DNA of 64,000 nucleotides from Mycobacterium sp. (GTDB lineage Bacteria; Actinomycetota; Actinomycetes; Mycobacteriales; Mycobacteriaceae): NCBI GenBank assembly GCA_020438865.1, contig JAGQTU010000011.1, positions 8,599 to 72,598 of the forward strand, read 5' to 3'. Shown piece by piece: positions 1 to 9,133 of this stretch (position 1 is its first letter; each line of letters starts with the position of its first letter). The notes under the pieces were generated by a model. It saw only the letters and a program-made list of their open reading frames with translations, ran no database searches and was not told where the DNA came from. The position numbers and the translations under genes were made by a program.

Positions 1-2016
1 TTCGCGGTGCTGACCTCGATCACCCTGATCCCGGCGGTGCTGGCTACCTTCGGACGGGCCGCCGCCCGGCGCTCGTCGCTGCTGCAGTGGTCGCGGCGTC
101 CCGAGGCCACCCAGTCCCGGTTCTGGACCCGCTGGGTCGGATGGGTCATGCGCCGGCCGTGGGCGTCGGCGCTGGCGGCGACGATATTCCTGCTCCTGCT
201 CGCCGCGCCGGCGTTCTCGATGGTACTGGGCAACAGCATGCAGCGGCAGTTCCCGGCGACCCACGAGGTCCGCGCCGGCGTCTCGTCGGCCGCGCAGGCC
301 CTCGGCCCCGGCGCGCTCGGGCCGGTGCGGGTGCTGGTCACTTTCCCCGACGGCAACGCCGCGTCGGCGCCGGCGAAGGAACCCCTGCTGGACGCGGTAC
401 GCCAGGAGATGACGAAGGCCCCCGACGTCATCTCGGTGTCGCCGCCGGTGTTCGGGAACGACTACCGCACCGCGCTGCTCTCGGCGGTGCTGTCGGTGGA
501 CCCGGAGGACCTGGCCGCCCGGAACAGCATCGACTGGCTGCGCGCCCACCTGCCCCCGGTCACCGCACCGGCGGGCGCGCGGATCGACGTCGGCGGCCCC
601 ACGGCACTGATCAAGGACTTCGACGACCGGGTGTCGAAGACCGAGCCCCTGGTATTCGGCTTCGTGGCGCTGATCGCCTTCGTGATGCTGCTGATCTCCA
701 TCCGCTCGGTGTTCCTGGCGTTCAAGGGTGTGGTGATGACCGTGCTGTCGGTCGCCGCCGCCTACGGCAGCCTGGTGATGGTGTTCCAGTGGGGCTGGCT
801 GGAGGGCCTCGGCTTCGAGCCGATCACCTCGATCGACAGCACCATTCCCCCGCTGGTGCTGGCGATGACCTTCGGCCTGTCGATGGACTACGAGATCTTC
901 CTGCTCACCCGGATCAGGGAGCGCTATCTGCAGTCCGGTGACACCCGAGACGCGGTCGCCTACGGCGTCTCGACCAGCGCGCGCACCATCACCAGCGCGG
1001 CGCTCATCATGATCGCCGTCTTCATCGGCTTCGCCTTCGCCGGCATGCCCCTGGTGGCCGAACTCGGCGTCGCCTGCGCGGTGGCGATCGCCGTCGACGC
1101 GACCGTGGTGCGGCTGGTGCTGGTGCCGGCGTTGATGGCCATGTTCGATCAGTGGAACTGGTGGCTGCCGGGCTGGCTCGCCCGCATCCTGCCGTCGGTC
1201 GACTTCGAGAAACCGTTGCCGAAGGTCGACCTCGGCGACCTGGTGATCATCCCCGACGACATCTCGGCGCTGGTGGCGCCCAACGCCGACCTGCGGATGG
1301 TGGTCAAGAACGCCGCCCGGCTGCGCGACCTGGCGCCCGATGCCATCTGCGTCGCCGACCCGCTGGCCTTCAGCGGCTGCGGGTCGGGCGACCTCGCCGG
1401 GACGGTGCAGGGCGGCGACGATGCCGCGGCGACCACGCACCCGTCGGCCCGGATCGGGGCGAGCATCGGGCAACCCACCGAACGCAGGCCGCTGCGGTCC
1501 TACCGCGTCAGCCGGGCGACCGGGCCGCGGCCGATCCATCCGGTGACGATGTGGCGCGGCCGGCTGTCGGTGGCACTGGACGCGCTGGAGAGCGAGCCGG
1601 ACATCACCGACACCGGGGTGGAACGGCTCAGCCCGGTCGAGACGACCAATGTGCAGCTACCGACCGGTGACCGGCTGCAGATTCCGACCGGTGCGGAGAC
1701 GCTGCGGCTCAAGAGCTACCTGATCATGTGCCGCAACAGCCGTTCGGACTACGCGGAATTCGCCGACCTCGTCGACTGCATGGACACCCCGACCGCCGCG
1801 GTTGTGCTCGCCGGAATCGACCGGTACTACGGTTCTAGGGAGTCTGAGCGACAATGGGTGGCGACCCAACTGGTGCGCCGGCTCGCCGATCCGAGACCCA
1901 CCGACGTCGACGACGACGGCGACCGTTGGACCGGGCCGGAAGCGGCCGACGAATGGGAGAGGATCAGACAGCGTTGCCTGGCGGTGGCAGTGGCGATCCT
2001 GGAGGAGGCGAGGTGA
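1..2016 (+). CDS. mmpL11: MmpL11 RND-family lipid transporter, 5' part outside window, with long cytoplasmic C-terminal domain
   Basis: MMPL motifs (VGGPTALIKDF, FGLSMDYEIFLLTRIRE, TSARTITSAALIM); synteny with Rv0201c/Rv0200/Rv0199/zmp1; frame is open from base 1. Confidence 0.9.
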   Translation, partial: FAVLTSITLIPAVLATFGRAAARRSSLLQWSRRPEATQSRFWTRWVGWVMRRPWASALAATIFLLLLAAPAFSMVLGNSMQRQFPATHEVRAGVSSAAQALGPGALGPVRVLVTFPDGNAASAPAKEPLLDAVRQEMTKAPDVISVSPPVFGNDYRTALLSAVLSVDPEDLAARNSIDWLRAHLPPVTAPAGARIDVGGPTALIKDFDDRVSKTEPLVFGFVALIAFVMLLISIRSVFLAFKGVVMTVLSVAAAYGSLVMVFQWGWLEGLGFEPITSIDSTIPPLVLAMTFGLSMDYEIFLLTRIRERYLQSGDTRDAVAYGVSTSARTITSAALIMIAVFIGFAFAGMPLVAELGVACAVAIAVDATVVRLVLVPALMAMFDQWNWWLPGWLARILPSVDFEKPLPKVDLGDLVIIPDDISALVAPNADLRMVVKNAARLRDLAPDAICVADPLAFSGCGSGDLAGTVQGGDDAAATTHPSARIGASIGQPTERRPLRSYRVSRATGPRPIHPVTMWRGRLSVALDALESEPDITDTGVERLSPVETTNVQLPTGDRLQIPTGAETLRLKSYLIMCRNSRSDYAEFADLVDCMDTPTAAVVLAGIDRYYGSRESERQWVATQLVRRLADPRPTDVDDDGDRWTGPEAADEWERIRQRCLAVAVAILEEAR

Positions 2017-2510
2017 CGGTGATAGCGCAACCACACCGCGATCCCTCATCCCGATCCGACACGTCTCTTCAGTTCGACGACCGTCCCGTCGAGTTCTGGC
2101 CGACCGCGTTGATCCGCTCCGCGCTGGAGACCGGCGACGTCACCGTGTGGCAGCGCATCGTGGTGGCCATCAAGCGGGACCCGTACGGCCGCACCGCCCG
2201 CCAGGTCGAAGAGGTGCTGGAGCACTCCCAGCCGTACGGAATCTCCAAGGCGCTCACCGAGGTGCTGGTCCGGGCCCGCAACCACCTGGAGGCCAACGAA
2301 CGGGCGGAGGCGGCCCGACACGTGCGGCTGCTGCTGGACCGCTCCGGTCTGGGCGAGCAGGAATTCGCTTCGCGCATCGGCGTGCTGCCCGACGACTTGA
2401 CCGGGTACCTCGATGCCGCTGTCAGCCCGCCGGCGTCGCTGATGATCCGGATGCGCCGGCTGTCGGACCGGTTCGCCAAGATGCGCGCCCAGCAGTCGTC
2501 CGACGACTGA
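2013..2510 (+). CDS. XRE-type helix-turn-helix protein (Rv0201c homologue)
   Basis: GTG start overlaps the mmpL11 stop (GTGA); C-terminal HTH LGEQEFASRIGVLPDDLTGYL; position matches Rv0201c. Confidence 0.8.
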   Translation: MTVIAQPHRDPSSRSDTSLQFDDRPVEFWPTALIRSALETGDVTVWQRIVVAIKRDPYGRTARQVEEVLEHSQPYGISKALTEVLVRARNHLEANERAEAARHVRLLLDRSGLGEQEFASRIGVLPDDLTGYLDAAVSPPASLMIRMRRLSDRFAKMRAQQSSDD

Positions 2511-2511
2511 G

Positions 2512-2937
2512 GTGTTCACCAACCCCGATCCGGTTGAGCTGCAACGGATTCTGCGCGACACCTGCACCGTCGCCGTGGTGGGCGCGTCGAACAACCCCGC
2601 CCGCCCCAGCTATGGGGTGTTCGACTACCTGGTCCGCTTCAGCGACTACCAGCTGTATCCGGTGAACCCGAACATCGCCGAGATCGACGGCATGCCAACA
2701 TATCCGAGCCTCGCCGAGCTGCCCGTGGTGCCGGACATGGTCGACGTGTTCCGCCGCCAGGACGACCTACCGTTGGTGCTGGCCGACACCCTGGCGCTGC
2801 ATCCGCGCCCGAAATGCCTGTGGCTGCAGCAGGGTCTATGGAGCGAGCCGCTCGCCGAGGCGGCCCAGGCCGGCGGGTTGCGGGTGGTGATGGACCGCTG
2901 TCTGAAGGTCGACCACGCCCGGCTCAGCGGGCGTTGA
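2512..2937 (+). CDS. CoA-binding protein (YccU-like)
   Basis: VAVVGAS..P.RPS, YPVNP, DMVDVFRR, WLQQG, VVMDRC motifs typical of the CoA_binding_2 family. Confidence 0.85.
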   Translation: MFTNPDPVELQRILRDTCTVAVVGASNNPARPSYGVFDYLVRFSDYQLYPVNPNIAEIDGMPTYPSLAELPVVPDMVDVFRRQDDLPLVLADTLALHPRPKCLWLQQGLWSEPLAEAAQAGGLRVVMDRCLKVDHARLSGR

Positions 2938-3613
2938 GCGGGGCCACATCATGCACCAGCCAGTGGTCGTCCTGCTTTGACAGTGTGACCCGCAGTGCGA
3001 GGGCGGCGATGCTGGGCGGTTGCCCGGGGGTGTTCTGGGTTCCGCGCATGACCACCGCGACGCTGGCGTCCGAGGGACCCAGCGCCTCCAGGCCCGCCGA
3101 GATGGTCTGCGCCTGCGCGGACACGTTGCGCTTGGCCAGGTCGGCGGTGGCCTTGCCGAACTCGGCCCGGAACTGCTCGGCCCGGTCGGGCGCCATGAAC
3201 GAGGCCGCCCGGTTGAGCGACGAATCCGGGGCGGCCGGGACGAAGGTCGCGGTGGCCTCGGACACCGCGGTGGCGATGCGCACCACCTCGGCGGAGTCGC
3301 GGGTGAAGTCACGGTCCGGCTGGGTCCAGCGGGTGTAGCCCACGACGACCGCGGCGACCACCGCCGCGGTGCACACGCCGACCACGGCCAACCGCAGGCC
3401 GGGCCCGTCGTCGTCGGTGCCGACCGTGACCGAATCCCGCCGGTAGAGAACCAGGTTGACGATGACGCCCTCGACGATGAGCAGGCACAGCATCGAGCAC
3501 ACCGAGACCCACCACAGCGGCCAGTCGAGCATCATGCCGATCGCGAGCAGCGCCGCGATGGCCGCGAGTGGTGCGGCGATGTCGAAGGCCAGTACCCGGC
3601 CCAGGTTCCTCAT
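2924..3613 (-). CDS. Mce-associated membrane protein (Rv0200 homologue)
   Basis: N-terminal TM helices plus Mam-type C-terminal domain (ALRVTLSKQDDHWLVHDV); ATGA overlap with the upstream gene; synteny. Confidence 0.8.
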   Translation of the reverse strand: MRNLGRVLAFDIAAPLAAIAALLAIGMMLDWPLWWVSVCSMLCLLIVEGVIVNLVLYRRDSVTVGTDDDGPGLRLAVVGVCTAAVVAAVVVGYTRWTQPDRDFTRDSAEVVRIATAVSEATATFVPAAPDSSLNRAASFMAPDRAEQFRAEFGKATADLAKRNVSAQAQTISAGLEALGPSDASVAVVMRGTQNTPGQPPSIAALALRVTLSKQDDHWLVHDVAPLNAR

Positions 3614-4209
3614 CGCAGCGACTCCAGCCGCGAGATCATCAGCTTGCCGTCGACGTCGGAGACGCCCAGGCGCAGGTTCCAGCGCACCGTGGTGGGTTTG
3701 GCGGCGGCGTTCTGGCTCACCGAGGTGGCCACGACCAGCACGGTGTCGGTGCGTGCGGCCAACTCGGGGGGCAGCGCCGGCGGCGCGGGTGGACGCTGTC
3801 CGGGCTGTGCACTGAGGTCGCGGTGCACCGCCTCGATCGATACCGACTCGATCTGCCCCGTGGTGCTGGCCTGCAGCTTCTTGACCACCTCACGGTAGGG
3901 CGTGATCGAGGCGTCGAAATCGGTGTTGAGCTCACCGACGGTCTTGTCGCGCAGCTTTTCCAGGCTCGCGTCGACGTTGTCGGTGTTCATGTTGATCAGC
4001 ACGCTGGTCCACTCGGCGGCGGACTGCAGAACGCGGCTCTGGTATTCGCGCTCGCCGACGGCCGCGCGGTGCGACGACCACATCATCCCGATGAGCACGA
4101 GCGATGCCACCACCACGACGCCCAGCACCGCGGAGGCGATGCCGTAGCCGGAGAACACCCCGCCGGGCGTCGTGTCGTCGGGTTGCCTCGCCGGCTCCGC
4201 TTCGGGCAT
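3610..4209 (-). CDS. omamA: Orphan Mce-associated membrane protein OmamA (Rv0199 homologue)
   Basis: Single TM plus Mam domain (WNLRLGVSDVDGKLMISRLE); divergent from zmp1 as in H37Rv; start uncertain (4209 or 4242). Confidence 0.75.
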   Translation of the reverse strand: MPEAEPARQPDDTTPGGVFSGYGIASAVLGVVVVASLVLIGMMWSSHRAAVGEREYQSRVLQSAAEWTSVLINMNTDNVDASLEKLRDKTVGELNTDFDASITPYREVVKKLQASTTGQIESVSIEAVHRDLSAQPGQRPPAPPALPPELAARTDTVLVVATSVSQNAAAKPTTVRWNLRLGVSDVDGKLMISRLESLR

Positions 4210-4268
4210 GCAGGGGAGGCTACCGGGCACGATCCGCGGCACCGCGGCCCCGTGGTAAGGATGGTTGG

Positions 4269-6260
4269 GTGACGGTAGAAACGCTGCGCTCGGGAATTGA
4301 CCTCTCCCACGTCGAAACCTCGGTCCGCCCGCAGGACGATCTGTTCGGCCACGTCAACGGCCGGTGGCTGGCCGAGTATCAGATGCCGGGAGACCGGGCC
4401 ACCGACGGGGCCTTCCGCACCCTCTACGACCGGGCCGAGGAACAGGTCCGCGAGCTGATCATGCAGGCGGCGGCGGCCGCCGCCCCGCCTGGTACCGACG
4501 AGCAACGCATCGGCGACCTCTACGCCAGCTTCCTGGACGCCGACGCGGTCGAGCACCGCGGCGTGCAGCCACTGCTGACCGAACTGGCCGCCATCGCCGC
4601 CGCGGCCGACCCGACGGCACTGGCCGCCGTGATCGGGGTCCTGCAGCGCACCGGCGTCGGCGGCGGTGTCGGGCTGTACATCGACACCGACTCCAAGAAC
4701 TCGTCGCGCTACCTGGTACACGTGTCGCAGTCCGGGCTCGGCCTGCCCGACGAGTCCTACTACCGCGACGAGCAGCACGCGTCGATCCTGGGCGCCTACC
4801 CCGGCCACATCGCCGCCATGTTCGCGCTGGTGTTCGGCGGCACCGCCGACGAGCACGCGGAGCGGGCGGGGCGGATCGTCGCGCTGGAGACCAAGATCGC
4901 CGCCGCGCACTGGGACGTCGTCAAGCGCCGTGACGCCGACCTGACCTACAACCTGCGCCGGTTCGCCGACCTGGCGGCCGAGGCGCCCGGCTTCGACTGG
5001 GCCGGCTGGATCGCCGCCCTGGGCACCGACCCGGAGACCGTGGCCGAACTCGTGGTGCGCCAGCCCGACTACCTGACGGCCTTCGCCGCGCTGTGGTCCG
5101 GCGCCGATCTGGCCGACTGGAAAGACTGGGCGCGCTGGCGGCTGATCCACGCCCGCGCCGCGCTGCTCACCGAGGCGCTGGTCGAGGAGGACTTCAACTT
5201 CTACGGCCGCACCCTCAGTGGTACCGAGCAGATCCGGGAGCGCTGGAAGCGTGCCGTGTCATTGGTCGAGGGTCTGATGGGCGATGCGGTCGGCCGGCTC
5301 TACGTCGAGCGGCACTTCCCGCCGGACGCCAAGGCCCGGATGGACGTTCTGGTCGCCAACCTGCGCGAGGCCTATCGCGTCAGCATCAACGACCTGGACT
5401 GGATGACGCCGGACACCCGGCAGCGAGCCCTGGCCAAGCTGGACAAGTTCACCGCCAAGATCGGCTACCCGGCGAAGTGGCGCGACTACTCCGCCCTGGT
5501 GATCGACCGTGATGACCTGTACGGCAACGTGATTCGCGGTACGGAGGTGGCCTTCGACCGGGAGATGGCCAAACTCGGCGGCCCGGTGGACCGAGACGAG
5601 TGGTTCATGACGCCGCAGACCGTCAACGCCTACTACAACCCCGGCATGAACGAGATCGTGTTTCCGGCCGCCATTCTGCAGCCGCCGTTCTTCGACGCCG
5701 AAGCCGACGATGCCGCCAACTACGGCGGGATCGGCGCGGTCATCGGTCACGAGATCGGCCACGGTTTCGACGACCAGGGCGCCAAGTACGACGGCGACGG
5801 CAACCTCGTCGACTGGTGGACGGACCAGGACCGGACCGAGTTCGGTTCGCGGACGAAGAAACTCATTGAGCAGTATGACGCCTACGTGCCACGCGACCTG
5901 CAGGGCCGCGGTGATGCGCATGTCAACGGGGCTTTCACTGTGGGCGAGAACATCGGAGATCTGGGCGGGTTGTCCATCGCGCTGTTGGCCTACCGGTTGT
6001 CGCTGGGCGACAAGGAGGCGCCGGTGATCGACGGGCTGACCGGCGTGCAGCGGGTGCTGTTCGGCTGGGCCCAGGTGTGGCGGACCAAGTCCCGTGAGGC
6101 GGAGGCGGTCCGGCGGCTGGCCACCGATCCGCACTCACCGCCGGAGTTCCGCTGCAACGGTGTGATCCGCAACATCGACGCGTTCTACGACGCGTTCGAC
6201 GTCAGTGCCGACGACGCGTTGTACCTGGAACCGCAACAGCGCGTTCGCATCTGGAACTGA
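4269..6260 (+). CDS. zmp1: M13-family zinc metallopeptidase Zmp1
   Basis: VNAYY, GHEIGHGFD (HExxH), GENIGD, DPHSP motifs; GTG at 4269 preferred over the track start 4104. Confidence 0.93.
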   Translation: MTVETLRSGIDLSHVETSVRPQDDLFGHVNGRWLAEYQMPGDRATDGAFRTLYDRAEEQVRELIMQAAAAAAPPGTDEQRIGDLYASFLDADAVEHRGVQPLLTELAAIAAAADPTALAAVIGVLQRTGVGGGVGLYIDTDSKNSSRYLVHVSQSGLGLPDESYYRDEQHASILGAYPGHIAAMFALVFGGTADEHAERAGRIVALETKIAAAHWDVVKRRDADLTYNLRRFADLAAEAPGFDWAGWIAALGTDPETVAELVVRQPDYLTAFAALWSGADLADWKDWARWRLIHARAALLTEALVEEDFNFYGRTLSGTEQIRERWKRAVSLVEGLMGDAVGRLYVERHFPPDAKARMDVLVANLREAYRVSINDLDWMTPDTRQRALAKLDKFTAKIGYPAKWRDYSALVIDRDDLYGNVIRGTEVAFDREMAKLGGPVDRDEWFMTPQTVNAYYNPGMNEIVFPAAILQPPFFDAEADDAANYGGIGAVIGHEIGHGFDDQGAKYDGDGNLVDWWTDQDRTEFGSRTKKLIEQYDAYVPRDLQGRGDAHVNGAFTVGENIGDLGGLSIALLAYRLSLGDKEAPVIDGLTGVQRVLFGWAQVWRTKSREAEAVRRLATDPHSPPEFRCNGVIRNIDAFYDAFDVSADDALYLEPQQRVRIWN

Positions 6261-6285
6261 GCGCGCCGGGCGAACCTCGGACCGG

Positions 6286-7344
6286 TCAGGCCAGCTGCCA
6301 CTGCCAGTCGTCGGCGCCGTCGGGCTTGTTGTAGAGCCCGACGGAGTTCTTGATCACGATCGGGTCGCCGCTGCCGAAGTTGTCGTAGAACCACTTGGCG
6401 TTCTCCGGCGAGAGGTTGATGCAGCCGTGGCTGACGTTGCGCTTGCCCTGGTCGGCGACCGACCACGGGGCGCTGTGCACAAAGGCGCCGCTGTTGTCGA
6501 TCCGCACGGCCCACTGCACCTTCAGCTTGTAGCCCTCGGGTGAGTTCACCGGGACGCCGTAGGTGGAGGAGTCCATCACGATGTCCGGGAACTTCTCCAG
6601 CACGTAGTAGGTGCCGTTCTTGGTCTCGTGCTTGCCGTCCGGGCGGCCCATCGACACCGGGAACGTCTTCTCCACCTTGCCGTTGCGGGTGACCGTCATC
6701 TGGTGGGTCTTGTCGTCGATCGTCGCCACCAGCGAGTCACCGACCCGGAAGCCCGACCTGGCGCCGCTGGCGTCGATGCTGACCACGGTGCCCGCCGGCC
6801 AGAAGCTGTACGGCCGCCAACGCACCTGGGTATCGGTGGTCCAGTAGAACGCGCCCGGAACCGCCGGAACCGACGAGATGTGGATGGCCTGCTCGGCCAG
6901 CGGCCGGTTGGCGATCGGGCGGGCGAAATTGATGATGATCGGCTTGGCCACGCCCACCATCGCTCCGTTCACCGGATTGAAGGACGGCGGCGCGAACACC
7001 GGGTCACCGGTGAACGGCAGCGGATTCTGGCCCTTGACACTGCCTGCCGGGGCGCTGGCCGCCGGCTGGGACGCCAGCGGATCGGCCGGGGGCGGCGGCG
7101 GGACCGCCAACGGGTCGGCCGGCGGCGGCGGGACCGCCAGCGGGTCGGCCGGGGGCGGCGGGACGTCCGGCGCGGGCGGCGGCGGTGGCGGCGGAACCTC
7201 GGCCGGCGGGGCGTCGACGACGGCGGGATCGACCGGGGCCGGGTCCGGATCGGCCCACGCCGGCCCGCTGCCGATGCCGATTCCGGCGGCCATCGCGACC
7301 ACGCAGAAGCCGGCCGTCAGGGTGCCCTTCACCCGCAAAACCAT
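6286..7344 (-). CDS. L,D-transpeptidase with Pro-rich N-terminal linker (Rv0192 homologue)
   Basis: YkuD active site HSAPW...SHGCINL; Ig-like domain; signal peptide ending AWA; GAGGAG RBS before ATG 7344. Confidence 0.9.
   Translation of the reverse strand: MVLRVKGTLTAGFCVVAMAAGIGIGSGPAWADPDPAPVDPAVVDAPPAEVPPPPPPPAPDVPPPPADPLAVPPPPADPLAVPPPPPADPLASQPAASAPAGSVKGQNPLPFTGDPVFAPPSFNPVNGAMVGVAKPIIINFARPIANRPLAEQAIHISSVPAVPGAFYWTTDTQVRWRPYSFWPAGTVVSIDASGARSGFRVGDSLVATIDDKTHQMTVTRNGKVEKTFPVSMGRPDGKHETKNGTYYVLEKFPDIVMDSSTYGVPVNSPEGYKLKVQWAVRIDNSGAFVHSAPWSVADQGKRNVSHGCINLSPENAKWFYDNFGSGDPIVIKNSVGLYNKPDGADDWQWQLA
7073..7165 (-). repeat. Intragenic 30-33 bp tandem repeat (three units) encoding PPPADPLAV
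   Basis: Three near-identical units gccagcgg(a/g)tcggccgg...gcgggac seen directly. Confidence 0.85.
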
Positions 7345-7486
7345 GAGAAAACTCCTCAGTTCCAGTTCGGTCCAGTGTCGCACAGCGGCGGGAGTGGTTA
7401 CCGGGACACGATGTGCCAGCGAACCCGACCCAGCCGGAAGTCAGCCCGCTGAACTGTGCGGATAGTCGAAGCGGGGGTGACCAGCG

Positions 7487-8725
7487 TTACTTTTCGCTGG
7501 TTGGCGGACGGCCCGGGAACAGTCCCCTACTGACGACGAGGCAGGACAGGGCGGCCAGGATCAGGGCCGCCGACGCGGTGATCATCACCGGTACCCCACC
7601 ATGCTGGTAGAACACGCCGCCGCCGAGCGAGCCGGCCATGATGCCGACCTGGAACGCCGCGACATACAGCCCGGAGGCGCCGTCGGGATCATCCGGGCAG
7701 TGCCGCATGGCCGCGGACTGCAGCAGCGGGGGCATCGCGGTTGCCGCGGCGCCCCACAAGATGATGGCCGCCACGCCGGTGAACAGCGTCCCGAGCGTGT
7801 GCCGCCCGTCGAAGCCGAGGGCGGCCAGCACCATGAAGGCGAACGCCAGCGCGGACAGGCAGCCGACGATCGCGGCCTTGGGACGGCGATCGCCCGGGCG
7901 CGCCAGCAGTGCCATCGCCGTCAGGCCGGCGATGCCGTAGGCGGCCAGCAGCCACGCCAGGTGCGGACCACGGACCCCGACGACGTCGCGAATGATCACC
8001 ACGATGAACGTGTAGGAGATGAAATGCCCGGTGACGCCGACCAGGGTCAGGACGCTCAGCGTCACCAGGCCCCGGTTGCGGTGCGGGCGGACCCGGCCGG
8101 GACGGGTCGCGACGGGCGATCGGGTGAGCGGCATGGCGGGCAGGGTGAAGCGGGCCGCGACCGTCACCGCGAGCGCCGCCACCGTGATCGCCCCGACCGC
8201 CAGCCGCCAGCCCCACACCTCGCTCATCGCCGCGGTCAGCGGATTGCCCACCACCAGCGCCAGGCCGGTGCCGACGTAGACGGCGGCGGTGGCGCGAGCG
8301 GCATGGCTCGGCGGCACCAAGCGCACAGCGATCGGAGCGATCACCGACCACATGAGGCCGTGGGTCAGCGAGCACAGCACCCGGCCGAGGGCCAGGACGG
8401 CGAACGTCGGCGCCAGCGCCGAAATCAACTGGGAGACGGTCAGACTGAGCAGCGTGAACAGCAGTGCTCGCCGGCGCGGCCACGCCGCGCTCCAGCGCAC
8501 CAGGGGCACGGTGGCCACCGCGGCGACCAGCGCATAGCTGGCCAGCAGCGTGCCCACGGTGCCCTCGCTGACGTGCAGATCCGCGGCGATGGCGGGCAGC
8601 GCCCCGACCGGCATGATCTCGGCGGTGACGTAGACGAATGCCGCGGCCGCCAGGACGGCCAGCGCCGTGGTGACGCGGGGTGTCCAGGGGGCGGTGGGTA
8701 TCGGCGGTGAGTCCACGATGATCAC
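7487..8725 (-). CDS. MFS transporter, DHA1/AraJ-like (Rv0191 homologue)
   Basis: About 12 hydrophobic segments; AEIMPVGALPAIA and GTGLALVVGNPL motifs; synteny. Confidence 0.85.
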   Translation of the reverse strand: MIIVDSPPIPTAPWTPRVTTALAVLAAAAFVYVTAEIMPVGALPAIAADLHVSEGTVGTLLASYALVAAVATVPLVRWSAAWPRRRALLFTLLSLTVSQLISALAPTFAVLALGRVLCSLTHGLMWSVIAPIAVRLVPPSHAARATAAVYVGTGLALVVGNPLTAAMSEVWGWRLAVGAITVAALAVTVAARFTLPAMPLTRSPVATRPGRVRPHRNRGLVTLSVLTLVGVTGHFISYTFIVVIIRDVVGVRGPHLAWLLAAYGIAGLTAMALLARPGDRRPKAAIVGCLSALAFAFMVLAALGFDGRHTLGTLFTGVAAIILWGAAATAMPPLLQSAAMRHCPDDPDGASGLYVAAFQVGIMAGSLGGGVFYQHGGVPVMITASAALILAALSCLVVSRGLFPGRPPTSEK

Positions 8726-8841
8726 CTTGGCCGGCCCCTCCGGTCCGGCGCTGAGGTCACCTCATCACGGTATCGGCCGCCGGGCCCCGCGAACACCTCG
8801 GAGACCCGTTCGAGACCGTGCCGAGAGGTCGCCGAGATGGG

Positions 8842-9132
8842 TCAGGAGCGAACCAACCGCGCGATGGCCGCGGAGGCTTCGGCGAGCTTCCTCTCGGCCT
8901 CCTCACCGCCCTCGGCGACGGCGTGGCTGACGCAGTGGCTCAAATGCTCCTCGAGCAGTCCGAGGGCCACCGACTGCAGCGCGCTGTTGACGGCACTGAT
9001 CTGGGTGAGGATGTCGATGCAGTACTTGTCCTCGTCGATCATCTTCGCGATGCCGCGAACCTGACCCTCGATGCGGCGCAACCGCTTGGCGTAGTTGTCC
9101 TTGTCCGCCGAATACCCTCGCGCGCCAGTCAT
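8842..9132 (-). CDS. ricR: CsoR-family copper-sensing repressor RicR (Rv0190 homologue)
   Basis: RLRRIEGQVRGI, YC, HLSHC give the Cys-His-Cys Cu(I) ligand set; synteny with ilvD. Confidence 0.9.
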   Translation of the reverse strand: MTGARGYSADKDNYAKRLRRIEGQVRGIAKMIDEDKYCIDILTQISAVNSALQSVALGLLEEHLSHCVSHAVAEGGEEAERKLAEASAAIARLVRS

Positions 9133-9133
9133 T

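Noticed and set aside
6878-7465. Gly-rich plus-strand ORF resembling PE_PGRS
   Set aside because: No PE domain; it is the antisense shadow of the Pro-rich L,D-transpeptidase repeats.
7345-7486. Possible c-di-AMP (ydaO) riboswitch upstream of the cell-wall enzyme
   Set aside because: I could not find the conserved ydaO sequence blocks on the minus strand; an Infernal search would settle it.
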